Below are positions 60,550 to 64,000 of a stretch of DNA of 64,000 bases, piece by piece. The position numbers and the translations under genes are program-made. Numbering within the stretch: position 1 is the first letter of the stretch; the number at the start of each line of letters is the position of its first letter. Source of the stretch: Hyphomicrobiales bacterium. Its GTDB lineage: Bacteria > Pseudomonadota > Alphaproteobacteria > Rhizobiales > JANPGK01. Under the pieces are notes generated by a model that worked only from the letters and a program-made list of their open reading frames with translations, made no database searches and was not told the origin of the DNA. The DNA is taken from assembly GCA_031423895.1 (NCBI GenBank), contig JANPGK010000008.1, positions 278 through 64,277 of the forward strand, read 5' to 3'.

Positions 60550-61901
60550 GTGTGGAGGATTCTACCATAGGTCGTCATCCTGAACGTAGTGAAGGATCTT
60601 CTGCCGATTGGGCTCCACTTGAGGGAGATTCTTCGGCGATGCCTCAGAATGACAGCCTCGTCGATGTCATCACCTTCGGCTGTCGCTTAAACACCTATGA
60701 GTCGAATGTGATGCAGCGTGAGGCGATTGCCGCTGGCGCTCAAAATACCGTGATTGTGAACACATGCGCGGTCACGAACGAGGCTGTGCGCCAAGCCAAG
60801 CAAACCATTCGCAAGTTGCGGCGCGAGCGGCCAGATGTGAAAATTGTGGTGACAGGCTGCGCCGCGCAAATTGAAACCAACGATTTTGCGGCCATGGGCG
60901 AGATTGACCTGCTGCTGGGCAATGCCGAGAAAATGGAGCGATCCTCCTATACGCCGCTTTCCATGGCCATTCCCGCAACTGAGCGCGTGCGGGTGAACGA
61001 CATTATGGAAGTGCGCGAAACGGCGGCGCATATGTTGGAAAGTGCTGGTGGGCGTGCGCGCGCCTTTGTGCAAGTGCAAAATGGGTGCGACCATCGCTGC
61101 ACGTTTTGCATCATTCCGTTTGGCCGTGGCCCTGCGCGCTCGGTGCCGATTGCCGAAGCGGTGCGCGAAATTCAAAATTTGGTGGAATCTGGAACTTTAG
61201 AGGTCGTGCTCACAGGGGTGGATCTCACCGCTTATGGGCAGGATTTGCCAGGTACACCGCGCCTTGGCACATTGGTGCAGGCCATTTTGAAGCATGTGCC
61301 GCAGCTGCAACGCTTGCGAATTTCCTCCATCGATGTGGTGGAGATGGACGACGCATTGGTGGAGGCCATTGTGGGGGAACCCCGCGTGATGCCGCATGTG
61401 CATGTGTCGCTGCAGGCCGGCGATAATATGATTTTGAAGCGGATGAAGCGCCGCCACACCCGCGAAGATGCCATCACGCTGTGCAATGATTTGCTCGCCA
61501 AGCGGCCAGAATTGGTGCTGGGTGCGGATCTCATCGCAGGCTTCCCCACTGAAACAGATGAAATGTTTGAAAACACGCTGGCGTGCGTGGACGAATGTAA
61601 CCTCACATTGTTGCACGTGTTTCCGTTTTCACCGCGTAAGGGCACGCCCGCTGCCCGCATGCCGCAAGTGCACGGCACAATTGTGAAAGCGCGCGCGGCA
61701 CGATTGCGCGAAAAGGCCGACGAGCGCCTGCTGGCCTATATGCAACCTCAAGTTGGAACGGCGCATGAGATTTTGGTGGAGCGCCCACATTTTGGCCGCA
61801 TTAATAGTTTTATCCCCGTGAAATTACTTGAAATTGCACCGCGTGGCACGCTCATTCACCGCAGAATCATAGGCGTAGATAACAATCAACTGGTTGCATA
61901 G
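60546..61901 (+). CDS. mtaB: MiaB-like tRNA methylthiotransferase MtaB (radical SAM), with a 5' region containing a family C repeat
   Basis: VITFGCRLNTYESNVM, the radical-SAM motif GCDHRCTFCIIP and a TRAM-like C-terminus. The start is either the ATG at 60546 (ATGA overlap with the dapF stop) or the ATG at 60639 inside the repeat. Confidence 0.85.
   Translation: MSVEDSTIGRHPERSEGSSADWAPLEGDSSAMPQNDSLVDVITFGCRLNTYESNVMQREAIAAGAQNTVIVNTCAVTNEAVRQAKQTIRKLRRERPDVKIVVTGCAAQIETNDFAAMGEIDLLLGNAEKMERSSYTPLSMAIPATERVRVNDIMEVRETAAHMLESAGGRARAFVQVQNGCDHRCTFCIIPFGRGPARSVPIAEAVREIQNLVESGTLEVVLTGVDLTAYGQDLPGTPRLGTLVQAILKHVPQLQRLRISSIDVVEMDDALVEAIVGEPRVMPHVHVSLQAGDNMILKRMKRRHTREDAITLCNDLLAKRPELVLGADLIAGFPTETDEMFENTLACVDECNLTLLHVFPFSPRKGTPAARMPQVHGTIVKARAARLREKADERLLAYMQPQVGTAHEILVERPHFGRINSFIPVKLLEIAPRGTLIHRRIIGVDNNQLVA
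60574..60653. repeat. family C element copy 3 (inverted orientation) within the 5' end of the mtaB ORF
   Basis: GTCATCCTGAACGTAGTGAAGGATCTTCTGCCGATTGGGCTCCACTTGAGGGAGATTCTTCGGCGATGCCTCAGAATGAC. Confidence 0.8.
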
Positions 61902-61997
61902 AGAAATAATATTTTAATTTACATAAAATTGTATTTAGCTGTTGCGTAATAAAACAAATAGCGATAACATTTGCACTGAAATTGGGAGGAATGCGTC

Positions 61998-62426
61998 ATG
62001 AATTTACCAAATATGGAAGTGCCTGCTGCCGTAAAAGAGGCAATGGAACAAGGGGCTCAACGTGCACAAGAGGCTTGTGTTGAAGCTCAAAAAGCCGCTG
62101 AGCAAGCCACAAGCATTTTGGAAACAACGGCTAAAACCGCATCTGATGCCGCTCTGAGCTTGCAAGCGCAAGCGATGGACGCGCTCAAAGTGAACATGGC
62201 CAATGGGTTTGATTTTGCAAATAAATTGCTGTCATGTAAATCACCGACCGATGCGATTGAGCATTGCACTGCGTTTGCCCGTCAGCAAATGGAATTGGCA
62301 ATGTCGCAATCAAAATCCGCTCAGGATTTAGGTGCTAAAGTTGCGGCCGATGTGGCTCAGCCAGCTAAAGACGGTTTGAAAATTGTCTTCAATCAAGCCA
62401 ATAAGCAAGCCAACAAAGTGGCTTAA
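61998..62426 (+). CDS. phasin family (PHA granule-associated) protein
   Basis: 142 aa, all-helical and Ala/Gln/Lys-rich, with ...NMANGFDFANKLLSCKSPTDAIEHCTAFARQQME..., typical of alphaproteobacterial phasins. Confidence 0.7.
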   Translation: MNLPNMEVPAAVKEAMEQGAQRAQEACVEAQKAAEQATSILETTAKTASDAALSLQAQAMDALKVNMANGFDFANKLLSCKSPTDAIEHCTAFARQQMELAMSQSKSAQDLGAKVAADVAQPAKDGLKIVFNQANKQANKVA

Positions 62427-62451
62427 TTGCTACAGTTGATAGCATGAATAT

Positions 62452-62485
62452 AAACGCCCGCCAGCGATGGTGGGCGTTTGTTGTT
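62452..62485 (+). terminator. rho-independent terminator after the phasin gene
   Basis: AAACGCCCGCC-agcgat-GGTGGGCGTTTGTTGTT. Confidence 0.7.
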
Positions 62486-62511
62486 AGTTGCAAACAATGT
62501 GAGGATTACAA

Positions 62512-63516
62512 ATGGTTATGTGGATGGTGCGGAGCAGCGGGGGGCGCATTACTAATGCTTTTATTGAAAGAGGATTAGTCGCTATCGGTTGGGATGCATT
62601 GCCCATGAATATTGTTGATTACAAATCACGTGAGGATATTCGAAAAGCGGTTTCATTGTCTTGGCCAGACATGAAAGAAGGTGCGATTAGTACGTCTGTA
62701 GGGCAACTCTTAAAATTTGCGAAAACTCTAAAACGTGGAGATTCAGTAGTGACATATGATTCTGCTGCACGTCAGTATTATATTGGAGAAATTATAGGTG
62801 ATCACGAGTATCATAGTAATGCTGAAAATGGCTTTACAAATACACGATCTGTCAAATGGGATCCTAAACCTATTAGCCGTGATAATTTAAGCAATACTAC
62901 AAAGAATTCTTTAGGCAGCATTCTTACAATATTTAAGGTTCCAGAATTATCGGAGCAAGAATTATTAGCGAAAAATTCAGGTCAGTTAATTCAGGAAATT
63001 AAAAATAAGAAAAATGATGAAATTGATGAGTCTTCAATTGAATTGCAGATCAACAGTGTGCAGGAGAAAGCATTTGAACTTATTAAAGATAAGGTCATTG
63101 CATTAAGCTGGGAAGATATGCAGGAGCTTGTTGCAGGCATATTGCGTGGCATGGGCTATAAAACACGCATTTCGCCTTCTGGATCGGATCGTGGAAAAGA
63201 TATTATTGCCTCGCCAGATGGATTGGGATTTGAACCACCTCGAATAGTGGTTGAGGTTAAGCATCGCAAGGGGGCTATGGGTTCGCAGGAAATTCGCAGT
63301 TTTTTAGGTGGACGTCATAAAGATGATAAAGGTTTGTACGTAAGTACAGGTGGTTTTACTAAAGAGGCCAAATATGAAGCAGAACGCGCAAATATTCCCC
63401 TGACGCTTATAGATATTGATGATTTAGTGAGTATACTGCTCGAAAATTATGAAGCTATGGATACGAACATGAAAACCCTCATTCCAATAAGTCGTATATA
63501 TTGGCCAGCTGATTAA
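62512..63516 (+). CDS. Mrr-like type IV restriction endonuclease with an unassigned N-terminal domain
   Basis: The C-terminal Mrr_cat pattern is WEDMQELVAGILRGMGYKTRISPSGSDRGKDIIA...IVVEVKHRKGAMGSQEIRSFLG...GLYVSTGGFTKEA. The N-terminal ~110 aa (GRITNAFIERGLVAIGW...) differ from the usual Mrr_N. AT-rich. Confidence 0.8.
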   Translation: MVMWMVRSSGGRITNAFIERGLVAIGWDALPMNIVDYKSREDIRKAVSLSWPDMKEGAISTSVGQLLKFAKTLKRGDSVVTYDSAARQYYIGEIIGDHEYHSNAENGFTNTRSVKWDPKPISRDNLSNTTKNSLGSILTIFKVPELSEQELLAKNSGQLIQEIKNKKNDEIDESSIELQINSVQEKAFELIKDKVIALSWEDMQELVAGILRGMGYKTRISPSGSDRGKDIIASPDGLGFEPPRIVVEVKHRKGAMGSQEIRSFLGGRHKDDKGLYVSTGGFTKEAKYEAERANIPLTLIDIDDLVSILLENYEAMDTNMKTLIPISRIYWPAD

Positions 63517-63527
63517 ATAGGCGCCCC

Positions 63528-64000
63528 ATGATCCAAGCGTTTAACACCACCACTCACCAATTTGCGCCATTTGATGCGGAGCGGGCCACAAATTTGCCTG
63601 CGGAATTGCTGTGGCTCGATTTGGATAGCCCCAGCCAGAATGAAGAAAAAGCGCTTGAGCAGCTACTCGGGTTTGAGCTCCTCACCGCCGAGGAAATGAA
63701 GGATATTGAGCCCTCTAGCCGCTTGTTTCAGGAAAATGGTGTCACCTACATGACCGCAACATTGGTGGCGAGGGGCGACACGGATGAGCCGGAAACAGTA
63801 CCTGTGAGTTTTTTGATGTTCGACAATCGCCTCATCACCATCCGCTTTGCGCAGCCGCGTGCATTTGGTGCGTTTCAGGCCCATGTGGGGCGATATCCGC
63901 AGCAATTTAATGATGGTGCCAGCCTGTTCACGGGGCTCATGGAGGCACTGATCGACCGCAATGCTGAATTGCTTGAGCGCATGGGCGCGGATTTAGACAG
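63528..64000 (+). CDS. CorA-family divalent metal transporter, N-terminal part (3' end outside window)
   Basis: Not in the ORF track because it has no stop within the window. Frame 3 from the ATG at 63528 reads MIQAFNTTTHQFAPFDAERATNLPAELLWLDLDSPSQNEEKALEQLLGFELLTAEEMKDIEPSSRLF...LITIRFAQPRAFGAF, typical of CorA/ZntB cytoplasmic domains. Confidence 0.7.
   Translation, partial: MIQAFNTTTHQFAPFDAERATNLPAELLWLDLDSPSQNEEKALEQLLGFELLTAEEMKDIEPSSRLFQENGVTYMTATLVARGDTDEPETVPVSFLMFDNRLITIRFAQPRAFGAFQAHVGRYPQQFNDGASLFTGLMEALIDRNAELLERMGADLD

Noticed and set aside
63663-63905. 80-aa minus-strand ORF at the right edge
   Set aside because: It is antisense to an open-ended plus-strand frame starting at 63528, which encodes a convincing CorA-family N-terminal domain.

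Overview
This is a 64-kb chromosomal segment that looks alphaproteobacterial. It carries ctrA and several typical neighbourhoods: suhB-efp, tlpA/argH divergent, hisB-DUF2628-hisH-hisA, EIIA(Man)-HPr, ffh-rpsP next to dapF-mtaB, and lptF/G-lptD. All calls were made by eye from the translations and the DNA; no searches or computations were run. About 45 genes are recognisable housekeeping genes: groESL, acs, aceB, argH, his genes, ettA, rph, rpe, efp, rpmE, rpsP, ffh, fliI, ctrA, one tRNA-Arg(ACG), and others.

Four kinds of accessory material interrupt this backbone:
1. A polymorphic-toxin tip with two immunity-like genes lies at the left edge.
2. A two-partner-secretion locus (chaN | tpsA-tpsB-sel1) has its transporter gene broken by a single in-frame TGA.
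3. At least a dozen visibly AT-rich single genes or tandem gene pairs are inserted between conserved neighbours. Five of them encode small proteins ending in one Gly/Ala-rich C-terminal TM helix. Others include a GIY-YIG/DUF4357 nuclease gene split across two frames at an A AAA AAG heptamer, an Mrr-like endonuclease, BrnT/BrnA, a degenerate histidine-kinase-like membrane protein, and an orphan with a caspase-like His-Gly...Cys spacing.
4. Several families of short GC-rich hairpin (MITE/REP-like) elements are present. One copy is inserted in frame inside rsmB, one sits in the 5' end of mtaB, and one sits in the groES-groEL spacer.

No rRNA, CRISPR array, transposase, integrase or prophage genes were seen.
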